Positions 17,478 through 27,082 of a stretch of DNA of 64,000 nt are shown here, in pieces. The position numbers and the translations under genes were made by a program. The notes below the pieces were generated by a model. The model worked only from the letters and a program-made list of their open reading frames with translations. It was not told where the DNA came from and did not search any database. Source of the DNA: Candidatus Undinarchaeota archaeon (GTDB lineage: Archaea; SpSt-1190; JASMDC01); NCBI GenBank assembly GCA_964519305.1, contig CAZFHY010000010.1:72379-136378 (forward strand). Reading direction: 5' to 3'. Numbering within the stretch: the first letter of the stretch is position 1; the number at the start of each line of letters is the position of its first letter.

Positions 17478-18293
17478 TCAGAGCAGTTCCTCGAGCGTTC
17501 GCGGCATGTCGTTCAGGAGGTCGTCCATACTGATGCTCTCCCAGGTCACCCGCTCGGCCACGTAGCCGTAACCGATGCCGTAAGCGTGGTACGACGCGTT
17601 CAGGGCCGTTGCGACCGCATCCATATCGATCACACCACTGGCCAGCGTCTCGCGTGCGGCCATAAGCTCTCGCACCGCAGGACGTCGATCCCGCTCGCCC
17701 CATGCCAGACGCTCCTCGAAGGCAGTTTCGGCGAACTCGGCCCCTGCGGGTAGCTCCGTGGCGCGCGCCCGGAACATGTTGGTCGCCATGTACTCTGCCT
17801 GCCCCTCAAGTGCGGCGAGGACAGGTACAGCATCGATGAGGGAGCGGATGTAGTCGCCATGGGTCTCGTCCCGTTGCCGGGCCAGCTCCTTCTGGAGCCC
17901 CGCGCCGATGAGCGCGCCGTGGTTCGCCTGGTAGGCATGGACGAGCTCGTGAGCGAGCACGTACACCAGCTCGCCATCCTGCTCAGGATCAGTGAGGTCC
18001 GGTGTTACGACACGGTCCGATATGAGCACCCGGTGGTTCAGGTCGTCGTACATACCTTTGTTGCCATGGTAATGTACCGCGGCGTCATGGATGGTCGCCT
18101 CATCGGCCTCTACACCCAGGTGATCGCAGATATCACGGGCCAATCCTTCATACACGGCAACATCGGCGATGACCACTTCCGGTAGCGGGCCGAAAGCGAT
18201 CCCGAACTCATCCTCGTAAGCGGTGACTATGTCATCCATAAGCGAATCGTAGGCATCCACGACAGGACGCCCGTCCCTTTCAATGTCGTACAT
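17478..18293 (-). CDS. Zincin-type metalloprotease
   Basis: LAHELVHAYQ (HExxH) with downstream LEGQAEY as third ligand. Confidence 0.82.
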   Translation of the reverse strand: MYDIERDGRPVVDAYDSLMDDIVTAYEDEFGIAFGPLPEVVIADVAVYEGLARDICDHLGVEADEATIHDAAVHYHGNKGMYDDLNHRVLISDRVVTPDLTDPEQDGELVYVLAHELVHAYQANHGALIGAGLQKELARQRDETHGDYIRSLIDAVPVLAALEGQAEYMATNMFRARATELPAGAEFAETAFEERLAWGERDRRPAVRELMAARETLASGVIDMDAVATALNASYHAYGIGYGYVAERVTWESISMDDLLNDMPRTLEELL

Positions 18294-18362
18294 GTCGCAG
18301 GTAAATTTAGGCTTACCTTATATTCGTTACTATTCTGTACAAGAATCGCTCCGGAAGATCCC

Positions 18363-20186
18363 TCAGCAGCCCTCGATGCGTGTCACGTACTCGTACCCCT
18401 TGCTCGTATGCACGGGGATGAGCGGATACATCTCAACGGGGACGTTCGTATCGCCCCGTACCCGCACGACTATACCGCGCGACCGCACCTTGTAGGCAGG
18501 ACGATCGGCCGTGTCGGTCGTGGCGTGGGCAAGGAGAAGGTACGTACCTGCGTCCACCTCGGGGAACTCGTACTTACCCTCCTCGTCGGCGACCACTGTG
18601 ACAACGGAGCCCGGGTAGCCGTCCAAGGGTACCATGTGGAGGCGGACGGCACGGGGCGGCACTCCGTCCACGTAGGCCAGCGTGCGCTCGCCCACTGCTT
18701 TCGTACGCCGGTCACCTGAGCACGATATCCGGTCCTTGACGAACACGCGGCCGTGCACCCTGCCCTTGTTCCCCAGCTCCACGTCCTTTGTGAGATGGCC
18801 GGAGAGCTCTACACGCTCGATGAGACGACCAAGCCCGGGAGGACTGCTTGCCTCAACGACAAGGGTGTGCTCACCACAGGGTACCTTCGTCCGCTCCAGA
18901 CGGCCTCCCTCGAATGGATGGAGACAGGTGTCCAGCCATGCCTGACCGTCAACGGGAGCGTTCCCAGGTCCGGTAACGGTGAGCTCCAGCTCGCATCCGC
19001 CGCTCCCGCACAGGTCATCCACTGCTGGCGGGTGCTCCTGGCCGAACCGGGCATAAGGATCCACACCGGTTAAGTAGGGGTCGAGCACGAAGGCGAACTC
19101 AAGCGGTCGTCCCTCTGTCCGGACGCCCATAGCCACCGGTCTGAGGTCCCGCAGGACCATCATAACATTGAACTGGGCGGTATAGCTCACGTTGTACCTG
19201 CTCAGGCAGATGGGCTCGTCGGCATCGCGTCGGTCGATGAACGGGAAAGGGACAGGTACGTATTCCACGTGCTTCGTGCTCTCCTGCTGGGTACCAGGAT
19301 TGGCCGACAGTGTCATATCGACATGCTCTCGTACCATCTCCATGGACCACTCGATGTCAGGCTCGTCCTTTGCAGCGCTACGCTGTCGCTGAAGCTCCTT
19401 TGCTACCGACAGCTGTGCGTTCTCCACGAAGGGCTGGGCCATGTCGCGCTTAGTGGCGATGATACGCTGTTTGTTGCACGCCATGGTCTCGCCGATGCCA
19501 CCAGGTGGGCTGGGGATACGGTCGTCGTTGATGATACCGGAAAGGAGGTTGCGTTCCATGTACCGCTCCTTCTCGTACGTCTCAAGATAGGCCTTGGCCC
19601 GGGACCAAAGGGTACGCAGACGCAGGGGAAGGGTGATGGTCATGTCCTCCACCGAACGGATCGCCTTATCGTCCCCCTGGAGGTGGTAGGTGAGCTCGAG
19701 CGTCGCCTCAACCCCCTCCTCCTGTAGCGTCGCTATGATCCGTGGCGCGCCGAAGACGACCTGGGCCTTCTCGCCCGCGCGGATCGCCTCGAGGCGCGGG
19801 ACCAAGCGTCGGGTGGACTCCTGAGAGAGGAGACCCTCCATGACCTGCACCGATGGGAAGAGCACCAAACGGCCCTTCTGAAGATAGACGGGGCGTTTGT
19901 TCACCACAGGCCCCGGTAACGAGTTGGACGTGTAGCCACCGCGCCGTCCCAGCTCGTACACGGACTCCTCCACAGAGTCGCGGAGAGCGCTCTCGATGAC
20001 GTCAGAAAGGTCGCGTAGGCGGTCCACGGTCGCCTTCACCTCCCCTGCCGCGGTCCGGGCCTCACGCTCGGTCTTGCTACCGCGCAGGACGAAGGAGACG
20101 ATCACAAGAACGGCAATGGAGATAGCTATGAGGCCGATGAGGCTTATCTGGGCACGCGCACGTTCCCGTACGATCCGGCCGCGCAT
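18363..20186 (-). CDS. Large pilin-like protein with class III signal peptide and C-terminal beta-sandwich domains
   Basis: RERARA|QISLIGLIAISIAVLVIVSFVL. C-terminal ADEEGKYEF..V.AGTY.L resembles a carboxypeptidase regulatory-like domain. TGATG overlap with the upstream gene. Confidence 0.72.
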   Translation of the reverse strand: MRGRIVRERARAQISLIGLIAISIAVLVIVSFVLRGSKTEREARTAAGEVKATVDRLRDLSDVIESALRDSVEESVYELGRRGGYTSNSLPGPVVNKRPVYLQKGRLVLFPSVQVMEGLLSQESTRRLVPRLEAIRAGEKAQVVFGAPRIIATLQEEGVEATLELTYHLQGDDKAIRSVEDMTITLPLRLRTLWSRAKAYLETYEKERYMERNLLSGIINDDRIPSPPGGIGETMACNKQRIIATKRDMAQPFVENAQLSVAKELQRQRSAAKDEPDIEWSMEMVREHVDMTLSANPGTQQESTKHVEYVPVPFPFIDRRDADEPICLSRYNVSYTAQFNVMMVLRDLRPVAMGVRTEGRPLEFAFVLDPYLTGVDPYARFGQEHPPAVDDLCGSGGCELELTVTGPGNAPVDGQAWLDTCLHPFEGGRLERTKVPCGEHTLVVEASSPPGLGRLIERVELSGHLTKDVELGNKGRVHGRVFVKDRISCSGDRRTKAVGERTLAYVDGVPPRAVRLHMVPLDGYPGSVVTVVADEEGKYEFPEVDAGTYLLLAHATTDTADRPAYKVRSRGIVVRVRGDTNVPVEMYPLIPVHTSKGYEYVTRIEGC

Positions 20187-23023
20187 CAGCAAACCACCCC
20201 CTCAAGATTGCGCCAGTTACCCGGATTACCGGAGAGCTGGACCCGTGTCGTGTCCGAGGTCTCGTCCCCGGTGTTATCGCGGACCGTCACCACCACATCG
20301 AGCGGCATGGCATGCTCGGGTGTCGGACAAAGGCGGATGGCTGACAGGTGGAGACGGACTCCGACACTGGTGCGATAAACGAAAGCGACGGTGTCGCTCA
20401 CGTCATGCGCACCCACCCTGACGGAGAAGCTATCCTTGTCGATCGTCTCTCCGCCCTCGAGGTCCATCAGGACGTCCATATCGAACCCGAGCCCCGCCAG
20501 GAGCAGGAATAGTGGCCGCTCCTTGGTCCCCGGCTCCACGCTCAGGATGCGCATGGACAAGGGGACGTGCTCAAGCACTTCCAGCTGGGTCCGGGCCTGA
20601 CCGGTCCGTCCGAGGTGGTTCACCGCAAGTGTCAGGTGGTCCGCCTCCGTGCTCTCCCCATGGAGGTACACGACAACGGTCCAGGTGCCGGTGTGCCGGT
20701 CATAGGTGGCCGAGGTCACGTCCGCCCGAACTGTACTATCGCCACCGCCCAGGTGCGCGGTCATGGCCGAGACGGGTACGTACGGGATATCCTTGTCACC
20801 GGTGTCGGTTATGCGCAGACCGAGACGCACAGTGGCCCCATGCTCCACCGATGCTCGCGATAACCTGCGCGGTGCCACCGAGATCACCTCGATGTCCATC
20901 TCGCTCTGCTCCAGGGGGTACCATACCTCGAACGGCCTGCGGACGAGGTGCATATCGTCACCGACATTGAGCATGAGGAACGCGTCGTAACGTCCCGGTG
21001 CGAGCGTGTGGTTGAAGGCCGTGGTGAAGGTCCACTCGTTGACGCTTCCGTCGAAGGAGATTCCTGGCGGAGGCCCGCCCGTGCCGCCCAGGAAGCTAGA
21101 CGCTTCCAGCTCCTCGTGGACGCGCTTGTCGGCCACGCGATCGTCCATCTTCACGACCCCGGTCCAGGTCAAGGCCACACCATCGCCCATGTCATTGGTG
21201 CGCACGTGGATGGGTTTGAAGTCCTTGACCTCGAAGGTGAAATCCGGTAGCTGGCATCCGGCGAGAGTGCACACCTGACCCGCGGTACATGGGGAGAGCG
21301 CCTGGTCCGACGGATCGAGGCACACGCACGTGCCTGAGCAGATCTCGCCCACCTCCACGCACGAGAGGGTCTCCACTCCCCGCTTGGCCACGCAGGCACC
21401 GCGGGTCCGGACGACCGTGAACGGCGATGTCGAGGCAGAGGGGGATGAACATGCAGTGGCGCTCCCTGGCATCGGGAGGCAGGTGTCCTGATATTCGCAC
21501 ACGTCCCGCGGCATACCGTTCTCATCGAAGCATAGGCAGAGAGGGAAGGCGGAAGACGTGGGATGGCAGGTCATCCGGGGGCCGATGCATGGGATACTGG
21601 TGTCGAGCACGGGAAGGGAGCCTCCGAAGCAAAGGTCGGAGTGCACGGAATCCTGCCTAGGTCGCCAATCCACAATCTCGAACGTCTTGATACCGGTGGC
21701 GACCTTCTCACCACCCTGGTAGACCTCCATCTCGACCTCGTACATCCCAGGATCTAGCTCCTCCTCAAGTTCGAGGTCGGCGGGCTCGCAGCCGCCGGAG
21801 CTCGTCCGGGTCACGATGTTGCCATCGCTGTCGGTGATAGTGACTTCGCACAGCTCACCTTCTCCGGTGGGGAACACGGCGAGGTTCTCTCCCGGCGAGT
21901 ACACATCCTTGTCCGTCGTGATCTCGACAGTCCCCTCTCCCGTCTCGGCGAAGGTGAACGTTGCTGTACCCGTGCTCGTCGAATCGCCCCGGGTGGCACG
22001 TGCGCGGACCAGGTAGTCGCCGGGGACCAGCCCGGCCGTGCCCAACCGGACATTGTCGCACGAGGCGAGGTCGAGCTCATCCCATCGATGCCCCTCCAGG
22101 TCGAGCACGGTAACCTCGCACCGGTCTACATCACCATCGACGGACAGGTCGACCTCGAAGGACGAACCGGTGACCGTGGTACTGCCGACGTCCACTGAGA
22201 CCGTCAGGTCCGCACGGGTGGATTCCAGAGGTGTGCGCGCGGTGGATATCCGGGGCAGGTCGCCCCATGTGTCAATCGCGATCAATACCAGCTCGGCCCC
22301 TTCCTCGACAAGGAGCCCTGTCGTCGGGAGCACGAAGGGATCACAGGCCGGTGAGACCGCGCTCAGCGCAGGGCGCGCCTCTCCCGATTGCATGATGGCG
22401 GCGATGCAGAGCGATCCCTGGAGACGGGGGATGTTGAACGCGTCGCCGATGACGAGCGCACCAGCGAGCTCCTTTACTGAGGAAGGGATGTCCAGCGGGT
22501 TGTTCTTGCCTGATACAGTGAAGGTGGAGAGGGTGGGCGAATCGCGCACGTCCTCGACGACCGCGCGGTAGGCCGGATAGCGGATCGAGAGCTCGCGTTT
22601 CTGAGCAAGCATCCCGGGAGCGAGGGTGAACTGTCGGGACCGGTACTCGTGGGAGAGCCGGACGCGGACACCATCTTCGCCCCATACGTCCTCCCAGCCG
22701 ATCTCCTCGATGCCGAAGGCTGGCTCATCGTTCACCGTGAAGATGATCCTGCCCGTTGAAGTATCACGCCAGGGTTTGCAGTCCGCAGCCGGAGCAGCGA
22801 TACGGCACCGCGTCTGCAGGTCGGCGTCCGTCAGTGCAGCAGCTGCGGTCGGCTCGAGGTTGAAGGTGATGATGGCGGTCTGTCCATCGAGCGACGCGAA
22901 GTCCACTTCCTCCGTCACCGATGAGGAGATGATGGCCATCACAGGCACGGATACGAGCAGGAGCGTAACGAGCAGTGGAAGGAAAGGGAAATTCATCCGG
23001 TCCTTCTTCGCAGGAGGCACCAT
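20186..23023 (-). CDS. Large secreted protein with Ig-like domains and a Cys-rich insert
   Basis: Signal peptide FLPLLVTLLLVSVPVMA; TDKDVYSPGE (MG2-like), PGDYLV and PGMYEV; C-x-C repeats. TTTTATAAA box upstream of ATG 23023. Confidence 0.75.
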   Translation of the reverse strand: MVPPAKKDRMNFPFLPLLVTLLLVSVPVMAIISSSVTEEVDFASLDGQTAIITFNLEPTAAAALTDADLQTRCRIAAPAADCKPWRDTSTGRIIFTVNDEPAFGIEEIGWEDVWGEDGVRVRLSHEYRSRQFTLAPGMLAQKRELSIRYPAYRAVVEDVRDSPTLSTFTVSGKNNPLDIPSSVKELAGALVIGDAFNIPRLQGSLCIAAIMQSGEARPALSAVSPACDPFVLPTTGLLVEEGAELVLIAIDTWGDLPRISTARTPLESTRADLTVSVDVGSTTVTGSSFEVDLSVDGDVDRCEVTVLDLEGHRWDELDLASCDNVRLGTAGLVPGDYLVRARATRGDSTSTGTATFTFAETGEGTVEITTDKDVYSPGENLAVFPTGEGELCEVTITDSDGNIVTRTSSGGCEPADLELEEELDPGMYEVEMEVYQGGEKVATGIKTFEIVDWRPRQDSVHSDLCFGGSLPVLDTSIPCIGPRMTCHPTSSAFPLCLCFDENGMPRDVCEYQDTCLPMPGSATACSSPSASTSPFTVVRTRGACVAKRGVETLSCVEVGEICSGTCVCLDPSDQALSPCTAGQVCTLAGCQLPDFTFEVKDFKPIHVRTNDMGDGVALTWTGVVKMDDRVADKRVHEELEASSFLGGTGGPPPGISFDGSVNEWTFTTAFNHTLAPGRYDAFLMLNVGDDMHLVRRPFEVWYPLEQSEMDIEVISVAPRRLSRASVEHGATVRLGLRITDTGDKDIPYVPVSAMTAHLGGGDSTVRADVTSATYDRHTGTWTVVVYLHGESTEADHLTLAVNHLGRTGQARTQLEVLEHVPLSMRILSVEPGTKERPLFLLLAGLGFDMDVLMDLEGGETIDKDSFSVRVGAHDVSDTVAFVYRTSVGVRLHLSAIRLCPTPEHAMPLDVVVTVRDNTGDETSDTTRVQLSGNPGNWRNLEGVVC

Positions 23024-23122
23024 CCGCCCATCACCACCGCGCATTCCTTTATAAAACGAAGGAGAGAGAACGCACGTCGGCCCCCCCTCTCCGTGTCCCC
23101 CTTCATCGTTAACCATTCATCA

Positions 23123-26100
23123 TTACCTCCGTGTTGTGCATGTGCACTCGCACTTGTCGGTCACGAGAGTGCAGCTCTCGGGCTCGATGGTGAGCGTACA
23201 GGTCGGCAGACAGGCGTCGCACGATACCTCCAGGTAGCAGTCGCCCACGGTGAAGGACGCGTCGATGGGCTGGCGCGGACCCTCGCCCTCCCAGACACCT
23301 TCTTCGAGCTCCAGGCGGGAGTAAGGATGGGCCGTCGAGTCCATATCCTCATCCAGCCAGGTCGTGCCGTCCCTATCACGGACAATGACGTGGAGGCCCA
23401 TGGTGCTGCCACCGGGCGGATCGTTGAACGCTCCGAAGACCGGGCCCTGGAGGGCGAAGACATCGTTGTGCTCAAGGCCGGTGACGTCCTGCGTGACACG
23501 GGAATTGGTGACCTCACGCCCGTCGGCCAGCTGCGCCCATGCCTCGATCGTGCCCGCGAACATCGTACTCGCGGAATTCTCCACGGTCACCTCGAACGTG
23601 ACGGGCTCACGGACAGCGGCAGCGTCCATGGCCATACCATCGCTGTCCAGGAACGCGGCCTTGGTCACCCTGGCCCGTCCCTCCTTGACCTCGATGTGTC
23701 CCTGTGGGAACTCGGGAACTGCCCGTTCCCGCTCATACAGACACCCGGCCGTCATCTCCGGACCCGTGCAGCTGTCATGATCGAATCCCTTCTCGGGCAG
23801 GACCATGTCCAGGACCGGCTGGCCATCGCTGTCGAGCAGACGGACGCCGATCTGGAGCGGCCAGCCAAGATGGTCTTCTGTCAGGGCGACCGGCTCGGTC
23901 ATGAGCTCGATGTGCTCACCGGTCCCGTTGAGTACGGTCACGGTCCTGCTCCCGGCGAGCTCCTGCCCTGCTCCGAGCACTGCGTAGACCTCTGCCGTAA
24001 CGGGCGCCTTTGTGTTGGAGATACGGACTCGACCTGCCACCTCCATCCCGGGGTTGCCCTCAGAGATAGGGGTCCCGAGTTCAGCATCCACGAACGAGCC
24101 ATGGACGACCGCTGCGTCACCGATCTCGACAATATGAGATAGCACCCCGTCGGCCCAGGCCACGCCCTCACCTTCGGTGTCCAGGACGTCGATCTCGAGC
24201 TGGATTGTAGTGCCTGACAGCCCGTGTTCGAGCGTGAACGGGTCAGAGAGGTAGTCCCAGGACTCACCGGGTGGTAGCAGTGGCATGCGGATAGCGCCTA
24301 GTTCGATGAATCCCTCCTCGCACGTACAGGGGCAGGAACCGCCCCCGGTGCAAGCAGAGCAGTCGCACTCCCCAATGACGCGGAGCCGTGCGTTCGCACG
24401 GCCTAGTTCGAAGGTGCCATCGCCAGTGTTCTCCACCTCTGCGTACACTCGGACGAGGTCTCCTGCATGGAAGGTGCGGACCGCGGTCGGGTTCACCCGG
24501 AGTATGTTGAGGGTGGGTATCTTGAGCCACGATGGGACCATCTTCCGTATGAATTCCATTGGCCTCGGGGCGGGTCTGTTACGGGGGGCCGTACTGCTGC
24601 CCGGGGAGCTGTCGGGCTTCGTACCACCACCCGAGCTCCCACTGCTGGACGACGAGGGCCTCCCCCCCCTACGGTATTGCCTCCTACGGTCACCCACCCC
24701 TCGTGGCGTTGAGTACCGGAAGCACTGGTCCATGTTCAAGAACAGCTTGTTAGGATCCAGTCGGGCAAGGTTGCCCAGTGCCATCCGTTGCCCCTTGGCC
24801 CAGGTGTCGGTCTCCCGGACCTGGAGCTGTGCACCACCCTTCAGTTCGGACTCGCACCGGCCCGGAGGTTTCCCGCATCCGGCCTTCGGTGCGTCCTTGA
24901 CGATCCTCTGGACGGTCTGCTTGACCTGCTGGGGGGACTTGCCTCCACTGCTGCTGCCTGCCTGCTTGTCCTTCCCCTCGTCCTTGAGGTTGAACCTGCC
25001 GCAGTACTTGGACCACTCCTTGTCACCCCGGTAACCAACCGTGGCGACCATCAGGCCACGGGCCTTGCGCACGTGTTCAGCGGCCTGGTCCAGGGTGGCC
25101 GCATGGGCAGGGGCCATGCCGAGCCGCTTCTGGAGCCAGCCGCCAGCGGCCTGCATGCGCTGTCCCCAGCCGCCTCCACCGATGCCCCCGCCCACGTCGC
25201 GTGCCATGGGACCCTTGGTGAGGGTCACCAGCTTGGTTATGTCGGTCTGGAACGCGGCGAGCCCGGCACCGTCCTTGGCGTTCGCCGAGGCCGTGTTCAC
25301 CAGGGCGTCGATGCGGCTCTGAGCCCCGGCCACGGGTTGCCCTGTCCGCATGGCCGTCCCGACGTCGCCGGCCACGCCCCTGAGCCCGGAGCTCACTGGA
25401 CCGAGGTTCCCGGTGAGCCCGTCGAGCTTCCCGCGGTCAGAGGACACACGCTGCTGGAGGCTGCAGGGATCGAGGGTGGCGCCACCCAGGGAGGCGGACC
25501 CGTCCACGGTGCAGGCGTCCTTGACGTCGGCGAGCGCCTGCTGGCAGGCCGCGAGCATTGCAGGGACGGTGATGACCGTGCGCGAGGGCGCGGTGACCAG
25601 CGTCGCCTTGGGCTGACTGCACGACTTGTCCTTCCCGCGTCCTGCCTTGCACGTGTGGACGCCATCCTTTCGCTCGACCTTCGTGACCTCGCCGCAGCCC
25701 TTGGAGGCGTCGCACTTCTCGCCCGAGGAGGACGGCCCCCCGACCTCGCACGCGTCGGCATAAGCGCACGGCACGACCGCGCAGAGCGGGCACTTCGCCG
25801 CGTTCTTCTCGGCCTCCCCCGGCGGTGGCGGGGTGGCCGCAGACGAGCCTGTGTCGCTCGGATATGACCCTTTCCCGGCCGTCATCGGATTGGGCTTCCC
25901 GCCCATCTCGCGGCAGGCGCGTTCGAGCCGTTCCGCGATGAGCTCGGGGTAGCGCGGGCCCATCCCTTTCTTCCTGCAATAGTAGTTGGCGTTGTTCCAC
26001 CTAGTGCCGGGGCCGTAGTAGTGGACGCACGACGCCATCATGGCATCGTACAGCCCCATGCCACGCTTCCGGTTACTGATGGCCCGGGTCATGGCGCTGC

Positions 26101-27079
26101 CCCCGCGGTTGAACCCGAACTCCACGAGGGCCAGCGCCTCGCTGGGTGACGCGCCGAGCTTCTGGGCCTTGTCCAGCTGGTGCCGCAACTCCTTCATCCC
26201 GAGGTCGATGCCGATCCTTGCGTTCCCCTTGCACTTGCAGTACAGCGGATGGCCCTTCTGCACCCGACACGGGTAGTCCACCTGCATGATGCCACCGCAG
26301 TTCGCACTGGGATTGCACGTCGACTCCTGCATCATGAGCGCGGTCGCCTGGAGGGGGTCGACGCGCCCTGCGAGGCCGTGCTTGGCCAGATGCTCCTTGA
26401 CGAGCCCGAGGTACGGTGCACACCTCCCAAGGCTGGTCTGGGGCAGCTTGCTCAGGTCGCCGCCCTCGCAGCTAGGAAGCTCGCCCTTGCCCTCATTCTG
26501 ATCTCCCCCCTCGTCCTTCTTCTCGTCACCCTTGCACGTCTTGAGATCCTTGCGCTCGCACGTCTGCTTGACAGCGCGGTCGCACACGGTAGGACCGAAC
26601 CCCGTATCCGCGGCCACCTTGGCTGCCGTGAGACCGGCGAGGGCCGGGTCACAGCCATCGAGCCCCAGCGCCTTCACCTTCTGGAGGGCGGCCTGGCATC
26701 CCTGGCACTGCTTGGCGAACCCCGCCTCTATCAGAGCGAGGTTGCCTGAGAGCGCTTTATAGTGCCCCGCCATCTTGTCGATCGCCCCTGCCATGTCATT
26801 GAGGTATCCGGGCATGTTCCGGTAGGTCCGCCCGCACTGGACGTTCAGGTCAGAGACGGACATTGGGCCCGGGCCGGCACCAGGGTCACCGGGCGCTTTC
26901 CCGGAAACATCGGCGCGTGTGAACTCCCCGCTCCCACTGTCGGCATTCTTCAACGAGCCCTGCTCGTGGCCGTCAGTGATATCCTTGCGCGTCTGGCCGG
27001 CCGCTGTGACGAACGGTAGGAGCGCGATGACAAGTAGGAGCGTCAGGAGCACTGCTGCGCGACGCTCGCGGACCGCCAT
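23123..27079 (-). CDS. Giant secreted Cys-rich protein with lytic transglycosylase (SLT-like) and CARDB/Ig-like domains
   Basis: Signal peptide; ALMMQESTCNP, GGIMQV, FNRG; VENTG. Paralog of the upstream gene. Confidence 0.82.
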   Translation of the reverse strand: MAVRERRAAVLLTLLLVIALLPFVTAAGQTRKDITDGHEQGSLKNADSGSGEFTRADVSGKAPGDPGAGPGPMSVSDLNVQCGRTYRNMPGYLNDMAGAIDKMAGHYKALSGNLALIEAGFAKQCQGCQAALQKVKALGLDGCDPALAGLTAAKVAADTGFGPTVCDRAVKQTCERKDLKTCKGDEKKDEGGDQNEGKGELPSCEGGDLSKLPQTSLGRCAPYLGLVKEHLAKHGLAGRVDPLQATALMMQESTCNPSANCGGIMQVDYPCRVQKGHPLYCKCKGNARIGIDLGMKELRHQLDKAQKLGASPSEALALVEFGFNRGGSAMTRAISNRKRGMGLYDAMMASCVHYYGPGTRWNNANYYCRKKGMGPRYPELIAERLERACREMGGKPNPMTAGKGSYPSDTGSSAATPPPPGEAEKNAAKCPLCAVVPCAYADACEVGGPSSSGEKCDASKGCGEVTKVERKDGVHTCKAGRGKDKSCSQPKATLVTAPSRTVITVPAMLAACQQALADVKDACTVDGSASLGGATLDPCSLQQRVSSDRGKLDGLTGNLGPVSSGLRGVAGDVGTAMRTGQPVAGAQSRIDALVNTASANAKDGAGLAAFQTDITKLVTLTKGPMARDVGGGIGGGGWGQRMQAAGGWLQKRLGMAPAHAATLDQAAEHVRKARGLMVATVGYRGDKEWSKYCGRFNLKDEGKDKQAGSSSGGKSPQQVKQTVQRIVKDAPKAGCGKPPGRCESELKGGAQLQVRETDTWAKGQRMALGNLARLDPNKLFLNMDQCFRYSTPRGVGDRRRQYRRGGRPSSSSSGSSGGGTKPDSSPGSSTAPRNRPAPRPMEFIRKMVPSWLKIPTLNILRVNPTAVRTFHAGDLVRVYAEVENTGDGTFELGRANARLRVIGECDCSACTGGGSCPCTCEEGFIELGAIRMPLLPPGESWDYLSDPFTLEHGLSGTTIQLEIDVLDTEGEGVAWADGVLSHIVEIGDAAVVHGSFVDAELGTPISEGNPGMEVAGRVRISNTKAPVTAEVYAVLGAGQELAGSRTVTVLNGTGEHIELMTEPVALTEDHLGWPLQIGVRLLDSDGQPVLDMVLPEKGFDHDSCTGPEMTAGCLYERERAVPEFPQGHIEVKEGRARVTKAAFLDSDGMAMDAAAVREPVTFEVTVENSASTMFAGTIEAWAQLADGREVTNSRVTQDVTGLEHNDVFALQGPVFGAFNDPPGGSTMGLHVIVRDRDGTTWLDEDMDSTAHPYSRLELEEGVWEGEGPRQPIDASFTVGDCYLEVSCDACLPTCTLTIEPESCTLVTDKCECTCTTRR

Positions 27080-27082
27080 CGA